Source: Methylorubrum extorquens
GTDB taxonomy: Bacteria > Pseudomonadota > Alphaproteobacteria > Rhizobiales > Beijerinckiaceae
Reading direction: 5' to 3'
Length of the DNA stretch: 32,000 bases
Assembly (NCBI GenBank): GCA_900234795.1
Contig: LT962688.1
Span: 240,001-272,000, forward strand
Of the stretch, positions 1 to 8,294 are shown piece after piece. The translations under genes and the position numbers were made by a program. The notes beneath the pieces are model-generated. The model ran no database searches. It was not told the origin of the DNA and worked only from the letters and a program-made list of their open reading frames with translations. Numbering within the stretch: position 1 is the stretch's first letter; each line of letters starts with the position of its first letter.

Positions 1-653
1 GCGATGAGCCGATCGAGGCGCTCCACCGTCTCACGCCGGGCCAGCGCCACGGCGACGCCGAGTTCGGCCACCTCGCGCTCGACCGCATCGAGCCAGCGGC
101 CGTCATCCGGCCGCTCGTCGAGCAGGCGGTTGCGCGAGCGCAGGGCCCGCTCCATCGCCGAGACGCGGGCACCGTGGCCGGCATCGACGGCGAGCACGAG
201 CCGGTCGAGGAAGCGGCGCCGGTCACCGGCCGCGCCGCGGAACAGCCCGTCGAAGTCCGGCGTCAGCCAGACGATCCGCAGGAATTCGGAGAAGGCGACG
301 GGGGAGGGGGTGTTCGCGCCATCGATCCGGCAGACCCGCGTGCCGCGCCCGTCATAGCCCGGCGGCTCGTAGCCGGACCCGAACCGGTGCTCGGCCTCCG
401 AGGCTTCGAGGGTCGCCGACACAGCGAATCCGCCCGGTCCGCCGACCCGCGCCATGGTCGCGAGATCGGCCCGGCGCAGGCCGCGACCGGGGCAGAACAG
501 CGAGACCGCTTCGAGGATGTTCGTCTTGCCCGCCCCGTTCTCGCCAACCAGCGCCACGAAGCGGCGGGTGGTGGCAAGATCGAGATCGACGTGGTTGCGG
601 AAGTCGCGGGCGATCAGGCGGGTGAGGCGGGGGCCTCCCGGCAGTATGTCCAT
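1..653 (-). CDS. recF: DNA replication/repair protein RecF, N-terminal part (gene runs off the window start)
   Basis: Minus-strand frame is open down to position 1. ATG at 653. Translation MDILPGGPRLTRLIARDFRNHVDLDL...VALVGENGAGKTNILEAVS carries the RecF-type Walker A. Position downstream of dnaN matches the canonical dnaA-dnaN-recF order. Confidence 0.9.
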   Translation of the reverse strand, partial: MDILPGGPRLTRLIARDFRNHVDLDLATTRRFVALVGENGAGKTNILEAVSLFCPGRGLRRADLATMARVGGPGGFAVSATLEASEAEHRFGSGYEPPGYDGRGTRVCRIDGANTPSPVAFSEFLRIVWLTPDFDGLFRGAAGDRRRFLDRLVLAVDAGHGARVSAMERALRSRNRLLDERPDDGRWLDAVEREVAELGVAVALARRETVERLDRLI

Positions 654-698
654 GTGAGCGATATATCCGATCCGGCCGCGGCCGGAAGCGGACTCACA

Positions 699-1817
699 CA
701 CGCGCATCGGCATCAACACATAAAGCGCCGGGGCGCCGTCGCGGTCCTGGATCAGCGTCGGCGAGCCCGGATCGGCGAGCTTGAACAGGGCCGTATCGCC
801 CTGGAGCTGCGCGGTGATATCGAGCAGGTAGCGGGCATTGAAGCCGATATCGAGGGCGGAGGCCTCGTAATCGACATCGAGTTCCTCGGTCGCCGAGCCG
901 GCATCCGGGTTGGTCACGGACAAAGCGAGGCGCCCCTCGCTCACAGCGAGCTTCACGGCGCGGCCGCGCTCGGAGGAAATGGTCGAAACGCGGTCCACCG
1001 CCTTGGCGAAGGCGTCGCGCTCCACCGTCAGGCGCTTGTCGTTGCCGGTGGGAATCACCCGCTGATAGTCAGGGAAGGTGCCGTCGATCAGCTTCGAGAT
1101 CAGGATCACGCCGCCCGCAAACGTCAGGCGGATCTTGGCCGGGGACAGCTCGACCTGCACGCTCTCGCCGCCATCGTCGACGAGCTTCTGGATCTCGGCG
1201 ACGGCTTTACGCGGCACGATGATGCCCGGCATGCCGCGGCTGCCCTCGGGCGCCTCGGTCTCGACGCGTGCGAGCCGGTGCCCATCGGTCGCCACCGCGC
1301 GCAGCTTCAGCGCGCCCTCGACCTCGAGGGTGTGGAAGTAGATGCCGTTGAGGTAGTAGCGCGTCTCCTCGGTGGAGATCGCGAACTGCGTCTTCTCGAT
1401 GAGCTGCTTCAGCTCGGCCGCCGCAATGGCGAACGAATGCGGCAGCTCGCCCGCGGCGAGATCGGGGAAATCGCCCTCCGGCAGGGCGCCCAGCGCAAAG
1501 CGCGAGCGGCCGGAACGGATCGTCATCTGGCCCGTCTCACCGGAGGTCTCCAGCGAGACCTGCGCGCCTTCGGGTAGCTTGCGAACGATATCGTAGATGA
1601 CGTGGGCCGGCACCGTGGTGGCGCCGGCATCGAGCACGTCGGCGGCCACGGTCTCGGTCACCTCGATATCGAGGTCGGTCGCCTTGAGCTGAAGGCCGTT
1701 CTCGCCGGTGCGCAGCAGGACGTTGGAGAGGATCGGAATCGTGTTGCGCCGCTCCACCACCCGGTGCACGTGGCCGAGCGATTTCAGGAGGGCCGCGCGC
1801 TCGACTGTGACTCTCAT
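699..1817 (-). CDS. dnaN: DNA polymerase III beta sliding clamp (no in-frame stop codon as sequenced)
   Basis: ATG at 1817. Translation MRVTVERAALLKSLGHVHRVVERRNTIPILSNVLL...DRDGAPALYVLMPMRV gives 373 codons up to the conserved MPMRV C-terminus (699-713). No in-frame stop follows: the frame continues CESASGRGRIGYIAH into the recF ATG at 653. This also explains why the ORF track lists no minus-strand ORF here, since it never terminates inside the window. The end coordinate given is the last conserved codon. Confidence 0.9.
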
Positions 1818-2139
1818 CGGAAAACCCGTCGTCTCTTGAACAATCGGCCCGCCCGCGGTCGATCAGGCCGGATAAGGATATCGCCCACCCAACGCCCGTG
1901 CGACCATCGCGACCGGAGAAACGGTCGGCGACCGGACGTTTCGCAAGGCACTCCGAAGCGGAACGGGGCCGGCAGCTTGGCGAAGCGCCCCCGCGAAGGC
2001 AAGGGCAGCCTTCGCACTGTCCCGCCCCGCGACGGCGCACGGCCCGGGAGGGCGGCCCGGACCGGACAGGATCTGCGGCCGGGATAAAACGTCCTCAAGG
2101 CGAGACCGGGACGCACCCGACCCCGCCCAGAGCCGTCTC

Positions 2140-3646
2140 TCAGTCTTGGAGCATGCGCTTCAGCAGTTCGACCTCATCGCCGAGCACCGCATCCTCACCG
2201 ATCTGCTTCTCGATCTTGCGCACCGCGTGCAGCACGGTGGTGTGGTCACGCCCGCCGAAGCGGCGGCCGATCTCGGGCAGCGAGCGCAGGGTCAGCACCT
2301 TCGACAGATACATCGCGATCTGGCGCGGTTTCACCACGGCGGCGGTGCGGCGCTCGGACAGGATGTCGGAACGCGAGACGTTGTAGCGCGAGGCCACCAG
2401 CTTCTGGATGTCCTCGATCTTCACCCGCTTGGGCTCGCGGTTCTTCACGAGGTCGCGGATCGCGGTCTCGGCGGTCTCCACCGTGACCGGCGCGCCGGTC
2501 AGGGTCGCGTGCGCCAGGAGCCGGTTCACCGCACCTTCGAGGTCGCGGCCATTGGCCGTGATCGCCCGGGCGACATAGGCCGACACGGCCGGGGAGACCT
2601 CGAAATTCGGGTGGCTCTGGCGCACGGCGTCGAGCCGGGCGGAGAGAATCGAGGCACGAAGCCCCTCGTCGAGCCCGCCGATCTCGACGACCAGACCACC
2701 GGCGAGGCGCGAGCGCACGCGCTCGTCGAGCGCTTCCAGCTCCGTCGGCGGCCGGTCGGAGGCGACCACCACCTGACGCCCCGAATCGATCAGCGCGTTG
2801 AGGGTGTGACCGAACTCGGTCTGGATCGACTTGCCCTGGATGAACTGCACGTCGTCGAGGATGAGCAGATCGATCGCCCGCAGGCGCTCCTTGAAGGCCA
2901 GCGCGTTCTGCGTCTTCAGGGCGTTGACGAAGCCGTACATGAAGCGGTCGGCGGTGAGATAGATCACCCGGCGGCCGGCCTCGCGGGCGGCGTGGCCGGC
3001 CGCGTGAAGCAGGTGTGTCTTGCCGAGGCCCACGCCGGCATGGACGTAGAGCGGGTTATAGAGCGCGCCGTCGCTGTCGCTGCGGGCGATTCGCTCGGCG
3101 GCGGCATGGGCCAGCGCATTGGAGCGGCCCACCACGAAGTTCGCGAAGGAGAGCCGCGCATCGAGCGGCGCACCGTTGAGATCGACCGAGGCCGAATCGC
3201 CGCGGGGCGAGGCGATCTCGGTCTCGATCATCGGGCCGGGCCCCCTGGAGAGCCGCGGGCGTCGCGATCGCGTGGAGACGGTTCAGCGGCCCGCTCGTCG
3301 CGTTCGGCTTCGCCGGCACGCCGGCACTCGGCCGGGCCGGGCCGGAGGGGCCGCGTACGCCGACCTCGATGCGGCTGACGCCGTCGGCCTCGGCGCGGAA
3401 GGTCGTCAGCACCCGGTCGATGTAATGCGATTCGATCCAGCTCTTGAGAAACCGGGTCGGAACGGTGAGGCGGGCGACCCCCCCGTCCACAGTCTCCAGT
3501 TCGAGGCGGGCGAACCAGCTTGCGAAGACATCCTCGCCAAGCTCCGCCCGCAGCCGCCGCTTCACCCGCGTCCAGGCGGCGGGAAGATCGACGCTTCCTC
3601 TGCCGTTTCCGCCATCGCCGTCCGACATGCTGCCGTCGAGGTGCAT
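2140..3646 (-). CDS. dnaA: Chromosomal replication initiator DnaA (frame-disrupted as sequenced at a C5 run, 3241-3245)
   Basis: The frame of ORF 3056..3763 carries DnaA domain I/II ([27 protein letters not shown]...[17 protein letters not shown]). The frame of ORF 2140..3231 carries the AAA+ domain and DNA-binding domain ([42 protein letters not shown]). Removing one base from the run at 3241-3245 gives a continuous ...[13 protein letters not shown].... Start chosen at ATG 3646, with GAGGAG 8 nt upstream. Confidence 0.9.
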
Positions 3647-4072
3647 CACCGTGTCTCCTCGCATCCTCAGCCGGCAGACCGGAGGGGACGCGTACGCATA
3701 CGCCACACGAGAGGAGGCGCCGCCCGATCGGGGCGGCGCCGAGAGTGGCCGCGGCGCTGTCAAGAGCGGCGTCGCGGCCCATCGCTAAAGATGGCTGTGT
3801 ATCAACAATCCTCTATCGTTCTCCTAACAGCGGGACGATCGGGGAAACATCTTCGCGCCCACAGAGTCGTCAGGCCGGGACCGAAGAGTCGAAGGCCTGC
3901 CCGCAACTTGGGGACGACTCTGGGGGGTGCCGGTGCTGAACTTGTCGAGCCGCTCAACCGGCAACGTTTTGTTAAGCTACACGGCCGGCGTGGCACCACG
4001 CAATGGAAAGCACTTTCCGCATGGTTAAGGAAACCTTCACGGCGCCCTGAACAGGCAGGTGCAAGCGTCAAC

Positions 4073-4102
4073 TCGGGATAACCCGGCGCGAACTGTGGAG
4101 AA
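4073..4102. promoter_or_regulatory. Two DnaA-box-like 9-mers in the dnaA upstream region
   Basis: TGTGGAGAA at 4094-4102 matches 8 of 9 positions of TGTGGATAA. TCGGGATAA at 4073-4081 matches 7 of 9. The two are about 20 bp apart and lie about 430-450 bp upstream of the dnaA start. Pattern match only. Confidence 0.3.
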
Positions 4103-4355
4103 GCATCACGGGTCGGTGCACAACCGCGACCCATCGAATCTCAGCGTGGTGCCTGATCCCGGGCACGGCGAGGCCCGCTTGGCTGAGCGTTTCTCACCGC
4201 CCCTTCGCTGCTCAGTCATCCCTAGCGTGGAGACGATGGGCAATCGGGGGCTTCTGAGCACGGATGGCGCCAGAACCTTGCGGGGAAGGGGAATTCCACC
4301 ACGCAGCCAGAACCAGCTATGGCCCTGCACGACGATTCGCGCGGCCCGCGGGCAC

Positions 4356-4384
4356 AAAAAAAGCCCGGCCTGAGCGGCCGGGCT
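4356..4384 (-). terminator. Rho-independent terminator downstream of rpsT
   Basis: On the minus strand: AGCCCGGCC-GCTCA-GGCCGGGCT (perfect 9-bp stem) followed by T7. A second long hairpin (GGCTCCC..GCCTTCC ATTC GGAAGGC..GGGAGCC) lies at about 4403-4442, directly after the rpsT stop. Confidence 0.75.
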
Positions 4385-4456
4385 GAAAGCAGCATCATAT
4401 CGAGCGGGGCTCCCAGAAGCCTTCCATTCGGAAGGCCGGGAGCCGTCGCAGTCCGA

Positions 4457-4723
4457 TCAGGCAGCGATGGCCTTCACGCGGGCAGCCAGGCGGGAAACCT
4501 TCCGCGAAGCATTGTTCTTATGAACGATGCCGTTCTGGGCAGCGCGCATGATCTCCGGCTCGGCGGCGCGGAGGGCGGTGAGGGCCTGGCCCTGATCGCC
4601 GGACGCAATCGCCTCCTCGACCTTGCGGACGAAGGTACGCATCCGCGAACGGCGCGAGCGGTTGATCGCCGTACGCTTGGCGATCTTGCGGGTCATCTTC
4701 TTGGCCGACACGGTGTTGGCCAT
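4457..4723 (-). CDS. rpsT: 30S ribosomal protein S20
   Basis: 88-aa [42 protein letters not shown]...[15 protein letters not shown]. The sequence is typical of S20. Its position next to dnaA is common in alphaproteobacteria. Confidence 0.96.
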   Translation of the reverse strand: MANTVSAKKMTRKIAKRTAINRSRRSRMRTFVRKVEEAIASGDQGQALTALRAAEPEIMRAAQNGIVHKNNASRKVSRLAARVKAIAA

Positions 4724-5005
4724 GGGGCATCCTCGTCTGGTCGTGGCGGCAAGAACTCGGCCCGGAGCATCCGGTGTCGGTCAGCGCAGCCTGATGATAA
4801 GCAAAGGCGAAAAGACCGGGCGCAATGCTGCGGCCGGACGTGGTGGCTGCTCTATAGCGACACCCCCATGGTCCGTCAACAAATCGTCACGCCATCGCTC
4901 GATCTTGCCGCTCACGCATTTTGTGCGACGGAAGAGCGTTGCCAAGCGAAATTCGATCGGCTAATGCCCCTCCAGTCCGGCGGCGGCACCGCCCCCCGGC
5001 ACCGC

Positions 5006-5080
5006 GCTGCGGTAGCTCAGTGGTAGAGCACCTCATTGGTAATGAGGAGGTCGAGAGTTCAATCCTCTCTCGCAGCACCA
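5006..5080 (+). tRNA. tRNA-Thr (anticodon GGT), CCA encoded
   Basis: Manual cloverleaf fold. Acceptor GCTGCGG/TCGCAGC; D-arm GCTC-AGTGGTA-GAGC; anticodon arm CCTCA-TTGGTAA-TGAGG; variable loop AGGTC; T-arm GAGAG-TTCAATC-CTCTC; discriminator A; CCA. Total 75 nt. Confidence 0.93.
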
Positions 5081-5618
5081 TTCTTCTCGATGACATCGCT
5101 GTCGTTTTGTGGAGTGCCCCGAGGTTCTCAGGAACCTGAGCACCCAGCCCCGAACCCGTGCACGGGTTTGCGACATGCCGAATCCTCCACCGTTACCGAC
5201 GAGCAGGTGAACGCGGCAGTCGATGCGTACCTCGCTGATTCTGGCACCAAGGCTGGCCCGAACGCCGACGGCTACGGTCCCCACCTCGCCGCGGCCGTCG
5301 TCGGGCATGGCTGGGCGAGTTCGGTCGTAGCCAGTCCCAAGAGCAGTCCAAGCCTGACGCGCGGGGCGATCCTACTCGCACGGGCGCGGAAGGCGCGACC
5401 GACCCTGACGCCAAGGTCCGGCAATACACCTCCAAGCCCGGCCCTGACTTCTCGCTATCAGTCCGCGACGAGAGCATCGGCCAAGCCTCGTCCTCGCGCG
5501 ACGGCTGGTAGACACGGCGCGAGAAGATTTCGCCACTTTCACAGCGCGTCGAACGCTTTTGTCCCGCTCCACGTTGAGGAGGGCTCAGCGCCCAAGCCAG
5601 TATCTTCGGGAGCCAACG

Positions 5619-5816
5619 ATGACTGAAGCCGAGCGAGAGCACGAGTGGAACCGGGATCGATTGCTGGTCGAGATTGCAGAGGCTGTCGAAAGAATGCTGG
5701 AGCTGACACGGCACACGCATCCTTCCGGGTCAATGCTTACGCTCGGCGCAACTCAACAGCAGGATAGGCTGGAAGCGGCTCGAGAACGGTTCATGGGCTC
5801 GATGGAGAAGCAGTAG
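5619..5816 (+). CDS. Hypothetical small protein (65 aa)
   Basis: ATG at 5619 preceded by GGGAG with a 6-nt spacer. Translation MTEAEREHEWNRDRLLVEIAEAVERMLELTRHTHPSG...RERFMGSMEKQ is helical and charged. No recognisable family. Confidence 0.45.
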   Translation: MTEAEREHEWNRDRLLVEIAEAVERMLELTRHTHPSGSMLTLGATQQQDRLEAARERFMGSMEKQ

Positions 5817-6133
5817 CAGCCGCACCGGAGCTGTCCCTTCCACGGGTAGCCCGCGGGCTTGCGAACCGCACCGTGGCATGAACACGACGGGTCGGTAAGC
5901 CTGATGCAACCGGGCGCCTCTATACCGTCGGCACCGCCATCAGCCGGCAGCCAGGATACTCCCTCCCGAACTCACGCCGAGCGCGCTTCCGCCCCAAGCA
6001 GTCGAGTGGCGCAAAGCCGTCGGCGCCCTGCGCCCCAGCTCCTCGCCATGGCGGTATCTCAGCACACTATTTGAGCGAACACCCACGAGGCCTGCACCGA
6101 CGTGATTGAACGCCTTCGGCGCCGGGGCCGTAG

Positions 6134-6346
6134 GTGTGGACCGTGCCACAGGTCTTCGGAGTCGATCCCGAGCACGGCACGTTGCGTGTCGGCTGGTCTG
6201 AGGTGAAGGTCACTGGCGGGAACAAGGCGATCGGCATCGCGCCGAACCGGATCCTGTTCGGCCATGTGAGCGGATACCAGAAGACGCCCGGCGCACCTGT
6301 TGGCGTCCCGGCTTGGGAGTTCGCCACGCAAGCGGCCGGACAGTAG
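6134..6346 (+). CDS. Hypothetical protein or gene fragment (70 aa, GTG start, no RBS)
   Basis: ORF with reasonable codon usage (GVDPEHGTLRVGWSEVKVTGGNKAIGIAPNRILFGHVSGYQK...). It has no internal Met and no Shine-Dalgarno, so it may be a C-terminal remnant. Confidence 0.25.
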   Translation: MWTVPQVFGVDPEHGTLRVGWSEVKVTGGNKAIGIAPNRILFGHVSGYQKTPGAPVGVPAWEFATQAAGQ

Positions 6347-6443
6347 AATCGAAGTTGCGAGACACGTCCGGCGACCTTCCAGTTCCGGGCAGGCCAAGCA
6401 GGTGCGGTCGAATAGCGAACTCGCTGTCAGATACGACGAGTTT

Positions 6444-6617
6444 TCAGTTCGCGTCGAATGCGGCGTCCTCTTGAGGCGCGGCATTTACCGTCAGGCTATA
6501 AGTGTCGATGGAAGAGACGGGCCGCGCTTCGGTCACTGGCGGCGCCGTGAGCATTGTGATCGTGAAAGCTGCGGCGGCCAGAGCGAATGCTGCTGCGAAC
6601 GTGAATGCTTTCCTCAT
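6444..6617 (-). CDS. Small secreted hypothetical protein (57 aa, signal peptide)
   Basis: ATG at 6617 preceded by GGGAGG with a 5-nt spacer. MRKAFTFAAAFALAAAAFTITMLTAPPVTEA looks like a Sec signal peptide. Confidence 0.5.
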   Translation of the reverse strand: MRKAFTFAAAFALAAAAFTITMLTAPPVTEARPVSSIDTYSLTVNAAPQEDAAFDAN

Positions 6618-6699
6618 GCATGCCTCCCGGCAGGCTGACGCGCCGTTCACTGGAGAGCGAAGGCGTCATGCATAGAAAAATCCTTACTTTTTTCCCGAG

Positions 6700-7806
6700 T
6701 CAATACAATAATCGCGAATCGACAAATGTTAGAAGGATGATATTCGCATCGCAGGACTGATCTCTGATGGTCGCCAATATTGAGATTACACGCCCATCAG
6801 CAAGATATTTTCCGCAACATTTGATTGCGGGCCGGTTCGTAGCGCGCGAGCAGCAAACACCGAAGCTTCGTCGCCGCTGGCGAGGCTGAAAGACGAAACG
6901 GCCAGCCGTGCGCGACCGGCTATTCATCCAACTGATTCGTGTAGCGCGGCGTGCGCATTTCGAACGTCGTCCAACGCCGCCGCAGCGGCGCGAGACTCGC
7001 CCGCGCCGGCACGACGCCGGCGCGTCCGAAGCGGGCACGGCAGGAGGCGATCGCGCCCACGAGCCACGTCGGGCGCTGGCGATCGAGCCGACGGACGAGC
7101 GGTCGGCGCGCTCGTCCGGTCGAGCCGGGCATGCGCGCCTCCTGCTGATCGCCGGGGTCATCTTGTCCGTGCGACGCAGCTCGTGGGCATCCACCGTGCC
7201 CGCGCCGACCTGCTCCTGAGCCGGGACAAGCTCGGTTGCCTCGCCGGCGTGATCGTCGAGGTCGAGCCTGCAGAAGATCCGGGCCGCGATACCATCAGCA
7301 CCGCCGGCCGCCTTGATAACCGCGGGCGGCGCGGTGTCGATGACGTACTGCGTGCCCTCAGCGATGACCGGCATCGCGACGTTGACCGAGAGGGTCTTTC
7401 CTTTAGCCGCACCGTTCACTGCTTTGCGGCGGAAGCCGACAGCCTGCTCAAGCCTCATCTCGCCCCGGCGCTGCGATAGGAATAGGGCCGCCCAAGGGTA
7501 GACCTTGCGGGTGGCCCGGGTGATCGAGGCCGCGATGATCGGCGAGAAGATCGTCAGGACTGGATCGCAAAGCGACAAGGCCAGCGCAACGAGCCAGTCG
7601 CCCCTGGGCAGGATGACGGCCTTATCGCCGACGACAGCGACCTCGATGGCGAGAGCGGGAGATGTAACCCAGGCGAGCGCCAGCGCTGCGAGCACAAGCA
7701 TGCAGATCATGGTGGTGATCCTGATGGTGGCATGGGCGGCGGGCCCGGCCGGCTTGGGATCGAAAAATTCGCCAGTGGTGCCGAGAAAAGCTTGAGCGCC
7801 GAGCAA
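6700..7806 (-). CDS. Phage-like membrane protein; only about 7200-7806 looks coding and the 3' end is unresolved
   Basis: The N-terminal ~200 aa look protein-like, with transmembrane segments (MICMLVLAALALAWV..., LVALALSLCDPVLTIFSPIIAASI) and a soluble part (KTLSVNVAMPVIAEGTQYVIDTAPPAVIKAAGGADGIAARI) resembling prophage/holin-like membrane proteins. The distal part is Arg-rich and runs into AT-rich non-coding DNA. Alternative start at ATG 7710. Confidence 0.5.
   Translation of the reverse strand: MLGAQAFLGTTGEFFDPKPAGPAAHATIRITTMICMLVLAALALAWVTSPALAIEVAVVGDKAVILPRGDWLVALALSLCDPVLTIFSPIIAASITRATRKVYPWAALFLSQRRGEMRLEQAVGFRRKAVNGAAKGKTLSVNVAMPVIAEGTQYVIDTAPPAVIKAAGGADGIAARIFCRLDLDDHAGEATELVPAQEQVGAGTVDAHELRRTDKMTPAISRRRACPARPDERADRSSVGSIASARRGSWARSPPAVPASDAPASCRRGRVSRRCGGVGRRSKCARRATRISWMNSRSRTAGRFVFQPRQRRRSFGVCCSRATNRPAIKCCGKYLADGRVISILATIRDQSCDANIILLTFVDSRLLY
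6920..7132 (-). CDS. Hypothetical 70-aa ORF overlapping the tail of the previous ORF in another frame
   Basis: ATG at 7132 preceded by AGGAGG with a 5-nt spacer. Third-position GC is high and the ORF ends at TAG 6920. This is the alternative reading of the 6900-7150 region. Confidence 0.3.
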   Translation of the reverse strand: MPGSTGRARRPLVRRLDRQRPTWLVGAIASCRARFGRAGVVPARASLAPLRRRWTTFEMRTPRYTNQLDE

Positions 7807-8294
7807 ATGCAGGGCATGGAGCCTGACCGCCGCGTCGATCTCGTCTGACCAGCGTGTACGACCGCTGCGCTGACCTTGTCTGGCCAGCGGTCGGCAAATT
7901 GCCTCTCAATCAGCCCAGTCCAAAAGACCAGGCAGGTCACATCCTCCCGCGCAGGAAGCGCGTACGAGGGCGCCTCAGCGTCAGGGACGGTTATTGAACG
8001 CGATGGACGGCGATGTGTCCGCCCGTTCTGAGCGGATCGCGATCGTCAATACGGAGCCAGAACTACGCGGCGTTGCCGGATCGTGGCATCGGTCGCGCCC
8101 GTCCCGTTCCGAATAGCTAAGAACTCGGCGTGCAGGCGGCTACTGATCTCGTCGAAGGGAACCTCTCTGAGGAGGCAATGAATCGGTCACGCCTTACAGC
8201 GGCAGCCTTCGATCGCCCGGTCTTGGAAGCCGGCTCAATGAGGAGACGATCCAACGCTTCGATCAGAAGATGACCGCGAAGATTCAAGAAATAT

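Noticed and set aside
174-1577. Long ORFs in the track that lie antisense to recognisable genes: 174..1577 +, 2146..3378 +, 10887..12281 -, 13299..15104 -, 15766..17109 -, 17985..19490 +, 19481..20491 -, 20640..21545 +, 21506..23500 +, 23541..24566 +, 25923..27872 +, 28006..29589 +, 30482..31786 -.
   Set aside because: They are Arg/Ala/Gly/Pro-rich low-complexity translations lying opposite genes with clear conserved motifs. These are typical shadow ORFs of roughly 70% GC DNA, where stop codons are rare in all frames.
3225-3290. Programmed ribosomal frameshifting as the explanation for the dnaA frame change.
   Set aside because: There is no known precedent for dnaA and no heptameric slippery site or downstream structure evident. 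The same kind of lesion occurs in unrelated genes at simple repeats, which points to indel error or mutation.
3812-3824. CAATCCTCTATCG in the dnaA upstream region matches 12 of 13 positions of the tRNA-Thr T-arm/acceptor end (CAATCCTCTCTCG, 5060-5072). Considered as a possible att repeat.
   Set aside because: It lies on the wrong side: it would bracket rpsT, not the low-GC segment. It is short and does not include the tRNA 3' terminus, so it is most likely coincidental.
1818-4456. Calling the chromosomal replication origin (oriC) next to dnaA.
   Set aside because: Only a few imperfect DnaA-box-like 9-mers were seen and there is no AT-rich unwinding element. In many alphaproteobacteria oriC is not adjacent to dnaA, and a 32-kb window cannot show GC skew.
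7707-7940. 77-aa ORF (GTG start) ending in an ATGA overlap with ATG 7710 of the phage-like membrane protein.
   Set aside because: The overlap is suggestive. However, its C-terminal half is Pro/Ser-rich, and the competing frame (the extension of the membrane protein from TTG 7806) looks at least as protein-like. It is mentioned in a finding rather than called as a feature.
8178-8273. 31-aa plus-strand ORF preceded by GAGGAGG.
   Set aside because: The spacing between the GGAGG core and the ATG is only 2 nt. The peptide (MNRSRLTAAAFDRPVLEAGSMRRRSNASIRR) is unremarkable, and the region is better explained by a minus-strand gene remnant.
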